Source of the DNA: Balanoglossus misakiensis
Taxonomy: Eukaryota > Animalia > Hemichordata
Direction: 5' to 3'
DNA length: 64,000 nucleotides
Assembly (NCBI GenBank): GCA_040954595.2
Contig: CM082585.2
Coordinates: forward strand, 4,613,358-4,677,357
A model generated the notes under the pieces. The model was not told the origin of the DNA. It did not search any database and saw nothing but the letters and a program-made list of their open reading frames with translations. Positions 50,201 to 63,701 of this stretch are shown here, one piece after another. The stretch's first letter is position 1. The number at the start of each line of letters is the position of its first letter. Both the position numbers and the translations under genes were made by a program.

Positions 50201-53200
50201 CTGAACTTTAGTGTACTTGATCAAAAAAACCCTCAACTTTGCTATTATATTATACAACTACTTTCGTAATCTACATGTAGGCTTTATATCAAACACCGCA
50301 TTCCCGTATTTTTTGCAGTACATGGGGTCGCAATGCAGTGGATGTATCTGTGCGTGCACCCAGTGTACTGAGAAAGTGTAGTTTTTTCCAATTTGCAAAT
50401 CAGTTTTCAAAATAACATGACCAGCAGATAATGACAATTTATTTTTTACCTGATTTGCCGTTCTGTAACCGCCAAATTTATTTGACAAAATCCCATTTAG
50501 TTTTTTGTATGGTCCACATACCAAATACTCAAGTTTTTGAAGTACGTACTGAACACACACAATAACACCAAGTTCTTTTTGTGTGATCAGATCAAATCAC
50601 ATCAAATCATCGACTCATTCTTGCAATCTTCAGAAAACTTGATTCTGGAAGATCCAAGTTTTGTTGTATGTTCTACAGCGAGGCAGTTGATTACTACAAA
50701 CAAAACAACTGCCTGTCTAGAGAACACTGGTTTTGATCTTGGAGATTTTCAAGACACAAGACTATACATGAATAGAATATGCTCTGCAATCTCCTTCACT
50801 AAACACCAAGTTATTTTTTCACAGCGTATCTACCTTACACATATGTATGAGGTATAGTGTAATCACACTTGGATGAACTTATTGTGGCCGACATGAGAGA
50901 GTCCACAGTTCAGTAACAAGTGAGGACATTGGATAACATTTAGCTTGCGTTACCTAAAGAACGCTTCATCATCCAATCAGCGCTCGCGTCATATACAGCT
51001 TTCGATTCAGTGAGAATGTGGGATCGATTTGTTCTCACACTCTGATCCCAGTTCTCACACTCTGATCCCACACTCTCAGCGTGCCAGGAGTGTGAGAAAT
51101 AGAGTGTTTTCATTTTTGGCCATAACAACAAAAGGACCATCAGTAAATATGTGCCAACATAATTTTGCAATTTTCATTATAATTCTGTTGTTCCAGAACA
51201 GAATGCGGATGAAAACTGGTCAAACGGCCTACAGGGGTCTTGCAATCAAGGACAGCACCATGACGTCATTTACACCTGTTACCATGGTAACATTGTCACC
51301 TTCCTCCCAATCTGCATATGTAGAATTTCCACATATTGATATTCTTACCTGACTCAGTGTAAGGGTCGGTCTCTGCGTCTGACCGACACTGGTTGTTGTG
51401 ACTGTCGGTTGACTCCTCAGCTTCATCACATTGGCACATAGCAGACCCCCTAAGTAACCAAATTCTTGCTTGTACGCTTCCATCTCATCCGGCAGTTTTC
51501 GAGTCAACTTCAGGTACGTGCCACAGTGTTTCTAATAACAAAGATTTGCATACGATATGACAGTCACATTCACAAAAAATAAAATAAAACAGAAAATTAT
51601 TACAGATAAATTTGATCATGCCACAGTGAAATATATTAATTTATTTATTTATGAAATTAATCCATCGCAAACACAGAAAGTATGTCTACTTAGGATAGGA
51701 AGACTGGAACAGGTGCGAATCACTTATACAATGCCAGCCCCCCCCCCCCCCCCCCCCCAGAACAATGCGACGTGGAGTGCCCTGCTCAGGCACAACATCA
51801 CGACCATGAAGTAATCATCCTCAGAAAGAAACTCTTCAGCCATGTCCTGGTCTGGGTCTTGAACCCACAACCCTGACCACTAGGCCATGATGACTATAAA
51901 GGAATATGATATCACTTTTTGACCGTGAGATCTAGTTCTGACTTGCAACTTACCAAGATGAGACTTTTGAGGTGTTCAGCCGCGATCTTGTCGACATTAC
52001 TCAAGACTGGACCCTCAGTGGCCAGTTTGATTCTTTCACCAAGGAACTTAATCCTCGGCAGTACCAGTGATTTGGTCACCTGTACAGATGTAGAATATTA
52101 TATCATACATGAGATTGATGTGAACATAATGGAAGTCCATTTGTTCACTTGGCATTTGTGTCATAATGCATGTGCCATATTACAAATAGCTTCCTATGAT
52201 TAACCCTTTCACCCCCAGTTCCCTCTTCAAAGGGCCAACCTTACCATAGAAAACAATGGGTTTGGACTGAACCATTTTGATGAAAAGGTGAAACTAGTTT
52301 GAGTCTAATCGGCCATTCAATGTGGCCATACATTCTGGCAAAGTACTACGGGTACGTAGAGTAGACTCAGAGCAAACTACTGTGAATATCAAACAAGCCC
52401 ATAAAATGAAGCGTAGTTAAAATTCTTTGTAATAATTTTCTCTTACCTCAGGTCCTAACTCTGACAGCCCAGCGACAGCTCCATAATGACAGGCTAGAGG
52501 CGCTTTTTCATTTAGCAACGACTTGTCAAACAGCTTACTCATTCTACCTTGCATATTGTTGATTGTAGTGCTGAATTTCCTGATTTGACAAGAAAGGCAA
52601 AGTGTTAATCTTATGCATGTCATACACAGCAAGAACATCATGAGTTAAAAGTCAGTGTGGACACTAGAAAATTACACTATGGCAAACCACTTTGTCCAGT
52701 CACCCATAGAGGGTGCTATTTCAATGTAATTTATAACACATTGTCAGCACATAAAAAGATAGGCAATTTCACGTTAGTTGCAAACATGAGAATTATTCTT
52801 ATCTTAGGCAAACAAAAAAATCTTATTTCCTATTAAATACAATATGTGTGTGCCTTGTTAGTTGGGCATCTTATAATGACAATCGCAAACGTGTTTATTT
52901 CTTTTTGGTCATTTTATGTAAAATTTGGCCATCAACTTGTATGGTTGCCCGATGTCTTACACCATTAGTTGTAGTGCAGCTACAGGGTGTAACGATGGAC
53001 ATGCGCATTCAAATTTATAATACAGAGTGCCCCTGCCACACAGATACTGAAATGAAGCCAAATGCTTTTCTACTGTCTAACACGAACATGGGTTCTACAC
53101 GTTCACGTAAAACCAGAATCTGAACCTGTCTAGTACGAGGCACTAGGCCCTGTACGTGACTTACTTGCACATGGAAGCCATCAGTCTGGCAGCAAAGTCT

Positions 53201-56200
53201 CTCAGTGCCCAGTGATTATCCACATCCGGCCTCAGACACAGTTGTTTGCTGATGATGCATGTAGTCACTGCTGGAATCAACTCATGAAGCTGGGTGCAGA
53301 GAAAGAAAAAAAAGTAATGAAAATCTTTCTGTCAGGAAATATGTAATGTGATAACAGTCTTCATTCTTCAAGCAGTACAGACCTCTTACTGAATTGTAAC
53401 TACACCGAGGGATTTATTCAGTGGAATAGTTTCAGGTCTGAATGCATCAAAATTTCCAAAAGTTCGAATCAGGGTCCATATGCCCGGAATCATTTCTAAT
53501 TCCACGACTTTTTCATAACAATTTCTTTTAATTTAAACCTATAAAAGCTGCAAGTGGAGTTCAGAAAGTTTTCTAACTTAAACCGTTTCATCATCATGGT
53601 TTGGTCCAAATGCATTTCCACGATAATGTTGGACCTCTATTGGGAACTGGAGAAGTCATCATTTCTTATGAGTATTCTTTAATGAGTGAAACATTACAAA
53701 TTGAGAGACTTACGTATTTTTCAAGGTATATCGTCGTATTATCCATCAAAGCTTTGACCATTCTCATCAGGTAGATCAGAAGAGCCAGGTTATTCTGAAC
53801 AACGTTGACTTTGACACCTTCTGCTATGAAAGTACTAAATCTTGGCATCATCTGATATAAACCTGGATCACTGGATAAACTCTGAAGGGCTTCCTACAGT
53901 TTGGGATAAAAGAAGAACAGATGTAAGATTAGATATATATCCTAAAAGCTCCAAAAACATTTGGCTATTTTAGTATATTTTTCTACATACATACATACAT
54001 ACATACATACATACATACATACATACATACATACATACATACATACACATACATACATACTTACACACACACACACACACACAATGGTGACAGACACCAA
54101 CTGATCACACAAGCTCCCCATGGTTTATATACATAGACCAAATGGGAGCTGAAAAAGCAAAGAGACAAGATTTCCAACACTGTACTCACAGATCTGCGTG
54201 ATTCACAGGCACCAACGCAAGCCTCCGTAATCTCCTTATAGTACAACTGTTGTTCCTGAAATATGAAGTGTGATGATAATGTCGTTGGTGACTGCAAATT
54301 TTTATAAAGCAATATAAAAAATACATGAGCAGGGAAGACCTGTCATTGCCTATCCTGACATTACTATTTCTTTGTTCTAATCAAGTACAGGTAAGATATG
54401 AAGCATCGTTTTGTTATAGAGGAAGAACTCAAAGAATAGAGTGAACGGGCAGCAAATGCAGTTTGCAAGAAGACGAGCTAGAAAGTTGAAGTTCACTTAC
54501 CACTGATAGTTCATGAGTGACCAGTGATTTCACTTTAATCTGTGACACTGCTTCTGCAGAGACATTTGTCTTGGACTTGTTCTTAGGGGTGTCTGGTTGT
54601 CCACTCGTACCTGGTAGTCCCAGCAGTGGTGGTGGTAGTACATCTTTGCTGGTTGGTTTGCTTAGTGTCTGCGTAGAGGCCGATTCAGCTTTCTGTTGGT
54701 CCCTGCCAACTGTTATCAAATTACAATACACTAAGCTTGAGCATTTTCACAAGTACATTTGTATTGCCATTGAGTGAAATTTCCTCCAAAAAAACCCAAG
54801 CCTCTAAAATAGTGTACAAGAATAGTTTTCTTTTCATCTTATTCCAAACCCTGCAGCAGTCCATTCAATATTGAATTTTCAAGTCAACACAATTGAAACC
54901 TTTACCCAGTGAACACCAATGGCCATCGTGTTGCAGCCCCCTGTGCAATTTACATGTGCATTTATTGACCTGTTTATAAAGGCCACCTGTCTATAAAGAA
55001 TTCTTTCTGAAAAGAACTTATTTTGAAAGTCCCTTCACTGGTTACTGTAAACAGGTTTGACTGCACTTAAATACCAGAAGTGTTACAAGTAGTTTAATTT
55101 GAATATCCTTTAATTGTAATGGCATCTATGTATCTATTCAAAAATTTGTGGTTCCAAAACAAGCATATCACAAATGCTATGGTCAAATGTGAGTGTCATT
55201 TCATGGTAAAAGTGGCTGATAACCCTTTCATATTTTGTACATTTTGTGTGCGGATAAAACCTGACTAATGAGATAAAAATAGGAATATGAAATTATGAGT
55301 AGACTACCTGGAGGTGGGTTCTCTGGAATGGACGGCTGAACACCTTCAATACTCAACCAGTGAGCTGGTGCAGAATAAAGAAAAGTACAATGTTACAAAT
55401 AACTGCTGTAACAGGACAATAGACATTTATTATACCAAGCAATTTATCACAAAGGAAACATGTTGTCAGTTACCTCTGAATCATGACATGTAAAAATCTT
55501 GTATCTAAGATAATCTCATTATGAACACACACCATAAATTTACCATATATCCATCATTCACAATACGCATACACAAATTCTGAATAATTTCTCTGTACAT
55601 GTACATGTATTACCTTTGACAGATACATCTACCGGCATTTTTGGCAGTGTTGTATTGATGATATCATTCAGATCCAATTCTTTTTCCTCATAGAAGTGTA
55701 ATTCCCTCCCACCACCACTGGCAAAGCGGAAGGGAATATGTTCGGGTGTCTGGAATCCATACAAAGGCTGCAAAGAAGTAATAGACATAAGATCAGTGTA
55801 TGTATAAGAATGATCTGAGGCCATTCCATACAACATCATTGTTTGACTGCACTCTGTAACAGTAAGCTATCTTAGGGTAAGTCTTTGGTTTCCTATGGGC
55901 TGGCCTTTCATTGTGAGCACTGCTCAAAATCATGTGGCAATTGAAGAGAACTTTGAAGTAGGTAGGCCAACTGAACTCCCTTTCTCTGAAGTTCAGAGAT
56001 GTGGCACTGCTTGTCACTGGGCGACTAGGTTCTCACAGTGTCAATGTAGCACTTTATTGGTAGAATGATTAGACCATGTACATGCACCAGGGACCTCTCA
56101 AGATACCATCTCTTAGGAAGAGAACAATTTGATACCATGTCGTATGTACTACCGCTGGTTGACTTTGAGTATGGTGAACATAATCATTGGATCCTTCAAT

Positions 56201-57066
56201 ATGATTCATTTTATGTAAATGGCGAAGTGCCACTAAAATACATGGAACAGACTTTAAATGTCTCCACACATGTATCTCTCTTTTGATCCTTGTTTCCATC
56301 TCACTGTTTTCTGTCCATCTGTGCAATACTAATGGTTTTCATGTACTGTGAATTAGAGCAGTAGTTCTGTATTATTCTCACCTCAATATTTCTCACTTTT
56401 AGTGCATGGTCAACATCTGCTGTTGACAACCTTTTCCGTTTGCCGTGTGTCATGAACTTGATTGCTTCCTGTGCACAAAAATAAATAAATAAAAGGGGTA
56501 TAGACTGTCAATGACCGACATACAAGTCTACAACACTGCACTTCTTTTTAAAATGTTGATATCCATGATTACAAGCACTTATAGTTTTTTTGTATGAAAA
56601 TTAACACAATTATTTTGCTCATTTAAAACAAGTTCTTGTTATCAATTTGAGTAAATTAACTTCAGATACTGAGTTTTATGAAATTGTACATTATGGCAGT
56701 CCTGCAAAGAACAATTACATAAAATTAAAACTACACCTAAATTTCAGTTATATCATCAGAAGTATACAGTAGATATAATGTGAACTTCAGAGAAGAATTT
56801 GCCTGAATTAAACATAAGTAATATGGGGTTGTGATCACATTAACCTCATCAAAATATGTAAACCACAGAAGTTGTAAAGTAACTATAATTACCTGTGTCA
56901 TTTCTTTGAGTCTGTAGGTAACATCATCAGCGATAGTTGTGAGTGCTTCATCTGACATCCGATCGATTCCTACGGATTCTGCGATGACTTTCATGGATTC
57001 ACTGGGCAGACACGACTTGATTTTTTTCTCCTTTGCTTCTTTTTTCTTGTCTTTGTCCTTGGCCAT
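47217..57066 (-). CDS. TAF6: Transcription initiation factor TFIID subunit 6, ~714 aa, 13 coding exons
   Basis: Exons on minus: 57066-56893, 56468-56382, 55767-55614, 55364-55308, 54709-54501, 54255-54190, 53893-53714, 53289-53165, 52579-52447, 52079-51954, 51531-51349, 49074-48916, 47708-47217 (2145 nt, phases consistent). Hallmarks: histone-fold [20 protein letters not shown]…[89 protein letters not shown]. Confidence 0.96.
48330..48432. mobile_element. ~100-bp piggyBac-like MITE
   Basis: TTAACCCTTTCACC … GGTGAAAGGGTAA inverted termini. Confidence 0.65.
49272..49615. mobile_element. Degenerate TTAA-flanked MITE (Kolobok-like)
   Basis: TTAA|AGCTAGATTAGC … GCTAATGTCCCT|TTAA, imperfect TIRs. 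Confidence 0.4.
49893..49983. mobile_element. ~100-bp piggyBac-like MITE
   Basis: accctttt acc…ggttcagtccaaagccattgttttcta…ggggtgaaagggtaa, homologous to 48330-48432. Confidence 0.6.
52201..52292. mobile_element. ~100-bp piggyBac-like MITE, opposite orientation
   Basis: taaccctttcacccccagttccctct…ccatagaaaacaatgggtttggactgaacc, reverse-complement homolog of 49893-49983. Confidence 0.6.
53987..54083. repeat. (ACAT)n followed by (AC)n microsatellite in a TAF6 intron
   Basis: acatacatacat… then acacacac, directly visible. Confidence 0.95.
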
Positions 57067-57936
57067 TTTATGTCCAGTTTTTCAATTACAATTCCAGAAA
57101 TGTCTTCAATACTCGTTTGATCTGCTTGTAACTTCTTGTCCTGCAGGACACACTCGGTCTGAAATCAAAGCACAGACTGAAACATTATCATGCTCTACAA
57201 AGGCGCAAATATTTTTCTCCACCTTTCCAAATTCTGTGATGTAAACAATCATGTGCAGTGAAGATAAGACAGTACACTTGTATCAGGCTAGGTACATTGT
57301 ATGGGTGAGTAAAATTCCTAGTCAACTTTACTCAGTAGACAATGACATTTACAGACGTCTTCCAAATTGTTGGCATAACAAAATCAATTTCAAGGGGCAG
57401 CGCTTGTAAGAGTAATGTGCGATAAGTTGCTTTGTCTCATACTGACTTTTTTTCATTCTTATATCCACAGGAAACATATCCTACACACAGTTTCATGTAA
57501 ATATGGGCATATTTCAGAAAAATGGGGCCTGAAAAGCTAAAATTCAAGTAAGCAGACAACTCAAAAAGTTCCATAAAATATATAGAAACTTGACAGGCAA
57601 GCTCTTTAGTTGTACTGGTAATTTGATAAACCGATAAACAGCAATGTAAACAACACAGCTAAGAGGCAGTCAGCATCATACTTTTATGAAGTTTATCATT
57701 TCATGTTCTTGATTTAACAAGTAACATGATTACTGCTAGATTTTCACATCATTCTGCCTCATTTACTGATCAGGAGAATCTCATGAATCAATGTAAGCAT
57801 GAACTAGAATTTGTGATAAGATACAACTTACAAGAACATGTACAGTAAGTCTGTAACAAACTGGGCACCTGGGCATACATTTGCAAGTTCACATTTCACA
57901 CTCACAACATCAACGGTGACTTACAGACTCACTTAC

Positions 57937-58345
57937 CACTTAGTGGTCGATGCCGCCTATTACGTTTCTCGGGTTAAAATGATTTGAAAATGATCATCAG
58001 TTGTTTATCCTGAGATACGCTGATCACTGCTTATGAAATATTGATAGTGAACCTGCTTTTCACAGCAGCTAGCCAAGAGTTATTTTTTGTTTTCATTCAT
58101 CTTCTACCGCCAGTCGCCATTGCTATCCCAGATTGCAGCGCCGCATCCGTTCTCGAATGAAATATGTAGAATCTCACGATATATCCCGAGAGCTTGTCCG
58201 CAGCGCGGCTGGGCGTCACCTAGCAACTTCAAGTCTCCCGCTTTGCCACACGTCACTTCCGTACACACAGTCAAGCTCAGCGATAGCTACCCAGCGCTAA
58301 TATATTGTTGGTGTAGTTATTTTTGCCGAGCTTGTCACGTTTTAT
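57937..58345. promoter_or_regulatory. Bidirectional promoter region for TAF6 (minus) and the CAP-Gly gene (plus), with RFX X-box-like and ETS-like motifs
   Basis: CpG-rich stretch between divergent genes. Minus-strand donor GTAAGT at 57936-57931 (TAF6 non-coding exon 1). GTCACCTAGCAAC (X-box-like) at 58215-58227, CACTTCCG at 58254-58261, CGCCATT at ~58115. Confidence 0.65.
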
Positions 58346-59405
58346 TCGGGACATTTTGTTTGTTTTAAGGTTATTTAGGTAAGGAGGTCTTGTCTGTGAT
58401 ACAATATTTTTTATTACTTTGGTAAAAAGTAAGTGAGTCGTAGTTTTATTTTACCCACAAAGTCTGTTCTGGTTCTGACATACAGTGTATGTGTAGATAC
58501 AGGGATTGTATGTCTACCTGCAAATAAACATGAAAATAATGAATAGCCGAGTTCGTGTGTTGCTACGGGTAGTAGGCCTACTACTTCCTGGTCTGTGTGT
58601 TGTTGGAAACGTGGACCAGACGAATAAAACCGAATATACAAGGGTAGTCTCGTTAAAAGCAGGCCATGAAAAAAAATCCTGGAAGGTCCAACTTGTCACA
58701 TTCCTAACAACACACAAGTATGGAAGTGGTAGGGCTACTGATCCACAGCAAGTTTATGTGATAATATTACGAGCAAACATTGAAATGCTACTGTACTGCA
58801 CCTTGTATTTGTGTGGGAACAGTATACTGTAGTCCAACATAAAAATACCTACGGCCAGGTTTTATGGTATAGTTTACAGTGTAATCTTGTAGGGTATCTT
58901 TTATATATTTATGACTGGTCTCTGTGATGTATAAGATTATTAAATCACGGTGAAATGCTCTGTCAGATCTGTTTTTACAAATGTACTGTGTATGTAACAT
59001 AATGATATGATGTTATAATTATTATGTGTTTCATTTACATGAAGAGTGTGAATTAGGGACTATGAGTAGAGAAGTTAATGTCAATGATGTAGAGGGATGT
59101 GTTTCAAACAACAGAAAATAATGGATATGTTTAGCGGTCAAAAAGACATTGTTTTCACAATAATTCATTTATTTACTCAATAATAATAATAGAATTATCA
59201 AACATATTTTTGTTCTACAAATTTATTAGATGCCAACTTCAAGCTACAGTTTGAATCTAGCTGTCACATATTCTCAAGTTCTGTAAAGTGGGTTTGTGTT
59301 TGTTATACACCTGACTTACCTAGCTAGAACTATTGTAAGAAAGCTCATAAATTGATCTCATATGTTTAAATTGTTTTCAGATACCTGTTCTGGTTTCAAG
59401 CTAGA

Positions 59406-61102
59406 ATGGTACTCTTCGAAAATGTCTTCATAGGTCAGCAGGTGGAGGTCAAGTATAGAGGTCACATTTACAGGGGAGTTGTCAAGTATAAAGGCCCAAT
59501 CAATTTAATTAAAGGTGATTGGGTTGGTGTAGAATTAGACAAACCAGGTAAGACAAGAAGATTCTTTTCGAGTTTAAGATTGTCTGGAACCAAGTTGTAC
59601 TGTTCAACGTAGATAATTATCCTCAAAATAAAGCAAGTCGTAACAGTAAACACTGTCTTTTTCAGTTGGCAAACATAACGGCTTGTTTCAAGGCAGACAG
59701 TATTTCAGCTGCAAGCGAGGCCATGGGATTTTTATACACCCATCCAGGATTAGGTTTATACCAATAAAAAGATGGTAAGATGATTATACATCATATCCAA
59801 TATAGAATTGTGTATCGGTCTGAACAGGTGAAGCAATTTAATGTAAAGTCATAATGCATGTTTCTACACCAGTGTGCTCTCTTAGACTAGGGTTAGTTCA
59901 GTAAAAACTGTTGGTCCCTTGCAAAATGTGAAAAAAATAGTGTAGAGACAGTTGACAACAAACAGTGGTTTTTGAGGTAAACAGCAGCGCATAGTAGTCC
60001 TCTTAGGAATTCTTCATTTATTTCACAAAATAGGAAACATTTGAACGCAATATATTCAGAAATGAAACAATTTTTCTTCTTGTTTATTTCAGCCTTTTCA
60101 ACAATTATCATTCTGTAACACCATCTTTCTGTGAAGATGCCTTATTCCATACAGAAAGTAAGTATGTCTTGTCATTGACATTGAGTTTTAAACTTTGCAC
60201 TATATGTTCATTTGTGGTTGTACATGTGTAAAGTTCAGGAGGTGCAGGTATTTCGGCCAAACTAGTTTGCAGCTTTTGTTCATAAGATTATTTGTTAGGA
60301 ATGTCTAGTATGTGTTACTTTTGAACAAAATGATACTTCATGAATCATCAGAATTGGAGATTAGAAAATTGGATTTTGAACCTTGCAAAATACAAAACAA
60401 ATTTTAATGATAACATTTACATACTGTCAATTTATTTCAGAGCCCTATGTAAGGAGTTACACGGATCCAGTCGTTATATCAAGTACCTACGTCAATAATG
60501 CCAGTGATGCATTCTCACGTAAGAATACAATATTTGCTAAAAACATAGTATAGTAGTGTAGATATGTGTTGTAAACATTAGCCATGCATAGACTAGCGTG
60601 GATAATTTTAACTGAGCTGGAGAGTCTGATGGTGGTCTGATTATATATTCTCCCCACAGGCGACATTTCACACCCACTTGTACTAAGTGATTGGTAAACA
60701 TAACCAATGAAATTACACCTACCATCTGTTCAAGTTTTACTGTTCAGTAAAACATTCTACATATTGTATAATACTTGTTTTTAAAGGAACATCAAAAATC
60801 ACTGTATATATCTTCCCTTTTTAGCAGCATATGAAGATTTCCCGGGAACAAGTCGTAGCTATCACCTGAGTCACTCCGTCGGTAACCACATCAAGGCAGC
60901 AACAATGAGGGAGCGATCACCTTCACTGACGTACAGCTATCGTAGCACTCCTATACACGGCTTCTACGACGAAGATTACGACGACGACTTCATCACCAGT
61001 CCATCGCTACCTAATTACCATATGCCGCGGGTCGCATTGGTGCGGCAGAACCGAAGAGGTTGGACTGATACTGTTACAAGACCACGAGAATGGTCTCTAT
61101 GA
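59406..61102 (+). CDS. Small CAP-Gly domain protein, ~223 aa, 5 coding exons
   Basis: Exons 59406-59547, 59666-59774, 60093-60157, 60441-60518, 60825 (or 60828)-61102, phases consistent. CAP-Gly signature IGQQVEV…GVVKYKG…[35 protein letters not shown]. Confidence 0.88.
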
Positions 61103-61298
61103 AAATGATTACTCCTTATAGAAGCAAGGAAGTACAGTCGAACCTGTCTATAGTGGCCAGTCAAGAGACTTTCCTAAACTGGCCTTTATATACAGATGAA
61201 TTAATGTCCCTGTGCGACACATGTGAATTGCACAGGGACTGTAACAAAGTAGCCACTATACAGAGGTGACCACTATATAGGGGTGGCCACTAACAATG

Positions 61299-61469
61299 GT
61301 TTGCTCCAAGATGTAATTTCTACCCTAATCAATCAAACTTACATTCATAATTCATAGTTACGAGACAGATAAAATGTTCACAGAAATAGAACATTTTATC
61401 TGTCTCGTAACTATGAATTATGAATGTAAGTTTGATTGATTAGGGTAGAAATGACATCTTGGAGCAAAC
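61299..61469. repeat. Long inverted repeat, 81-bp arms with 9-nt loop
   Basis: 61299-61379 is the reverse complement of 61389-61469 with one mismatch. Loop acagaaata. Confidence 0.95.
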
Positions 61470-63514
61470 TTCATGGTTTAAAAAAGTGCAAAATTTTTGT
61501 ATTTTTAATAGTATCTATTGTACATACCAGTTTATAATATTATGTAGAAATTACGTTAAATACAAAATAATTCATTTACAAAAAGGAAGTTGGATAGATC
61601 TGTGTATGATATTTTCTTATTGCTGCTGCAAATGGTTTTAAAACTGAATAATTCATGGATGTATACAGCAAACTAGCTTACATTTGGATAACTTTTGTCT
61701 TTGAATCTGTAGATCTTAGAAACAGATCATGATGAACCAATGGGATTTATTTCAGCACAACATTATTGTCGGACATAAAAGAAATTGTATAACAGTGAAA
61801 AATCTGGCATTGCACAATGCTAGTCCACGGACTATATCCCTATGGAGTACAGTTGTAAATCAACAGAGGAACTGTTTATTGCCAAATCATTATAGCTGTG
61901 AACATGAACTTCACCTTGATGTGGACCATATGAATAATTCACATACTGATGTTTGGAATGCCATTGCCATATACTTGATTCTGTGTAACTATAGACGGTT
62001 AGACCCCTTGAGAGTCAATTATGTAACAACAACAAATATCCCAAAATGGTGACCAAGACAGCGACATTTTCGTTGCCAAAACTGTGCGAATTCTCTCTAC
62101 ACTTCTCTGAATATTCCAATTTAATTTTCAGTTTTTATCAGAAGTATGTAACATTTACAGAGATCTCTGTAATTTCCAAACCTGTCTGTCTCTCTGTCCA
62201 CAGTATGAATATATTCTAATCAATACAAGTGATAAATTTAGTGATTAACAAAAGCCAATACTGAAATCATGATTATATTATTTACCACATTAGTACAGTT
62301 CTTTGCTTTTAAAATTTTAAGAAATGCTGCTGTACATTGATCTCTGCTTTTCTTGATCAAATTTGTGATAGTGCAAGATTTTTTTTTCATTTATTTTTTT
62401 GTAGTGTATATATTATGATATTGCCTCGTACATATCGACAAATTCTGAAATAAACCTAATGATTTCCAGTATGTACTTGTTTGTGTCAATTCCCATATGT
62501 GACACTGACAGGCACATTTGCACCACAGGAGTTTTGTATTGTCCAGGCAACACAACAATTTCGTAAATTGTTACCAACATAGTCTAAACAGGGTCACACA
62601 CACATAAAATCAAACCAAAACTCATGCTTGCCAAAACTTTTATTTTGCTTTTCTGTTGTTTTTCTCAAAACATGCATCTGTTACACATTTTAATTTATAA
62701 AAAAAAATACCTTTAAAAAGGTAATTTTGAAAAGGCAAGTCTTTCATTGTTAGGAGCATTGATAAAACTTACACATAACTGAGCAAAAAATATGCTGCTT
62801 GAGTAATACTGTAATTAGTGGAGTGCTAGAAGTCTTTCAGATCTCTCAGTCCTTGCTTGGATAATATGTTAATAAAAAAAGCTTTATACTAGTGAGAAAG
62901 TTTACCTTTAATAATTGACAACTGTGGTTGGGGGAGGGGACATTTTATTCAGAACTTTCCAATGAAATAAAATGATCAGAATACACCAATTTCCAATTTT
63001 GAATGAAAACACTGATGCAAGTCACTCATTTCACTAAACAGTGAAACCAGTTAAAGGTGTACAGTCGCCTATACAAATTTAGCCACAGTTACCTTGGAAA
63101 GTAGAGATTTAGCCAATCACATCTTTTCAGGTGTAGCCCCATGAAAAAAGGGCACCCCTATTTGATATTTTGTTTTCAAAGTATTATATAGCAGCCAAAT
63201 TCGTTAAAGAAGGTACATCTGCTGTTCAAAACAACAAAAGTATACATAAAACATGGTATGAACATCTATCTACAAGAGCAGAGACAAGCTAATGAAAGTT
63301 ACGATGGACAAAAGGTTGAGGTTACATAAAGCATTGTGGGTGCAACACCGCCCTCTATTGCGAGGAAAACAGCAACATATATATCACCTTTGATTTTAAG
63401 GCATGCACAATTTGAAATGAAACTTGCCAAAATGTCCTGTTTTGATATCAAAGACACTCAGTGGAAGAAAATGTTACATAATATATTTTTAAATTAACAT
63501 AATCTTGTTCAAAT

Positions 63515-63701
63515 TTACTTGTCTTTCTTTTCGGTTGAAAGACCATCATGCAGTTCCCGTATTTCTGGTTCATATTTGTCAACCAGAAGTAAACCATTTT
63601 CATCAAACCATGTTGCTACAGACTTCTTTATCGTCGCTTGCCTCATTTCTTTTGATTCACCATCAGTGTAGGTCAGTGTCAATGTGTACATGTGATCAAA
63701 C
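63515..63701 (-). CDS. SPCS2: Last coding exon of signal peptidase complex subunit 2 (gene continues beyond the window)
   Basis: Acceptor gacaacag, then RFDHMYTLTLTYTDGESKEMRQATIKKSVATWFDENGLLLVDKYEPEIRELHDGLSTEKKDK*, matching the SPCS2/SPC25 C-terminus pattern (RFD..YTL….KS….FD..G.L..D.YEPEI..LHD.L..E.K.K). Confidence 0.9.
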
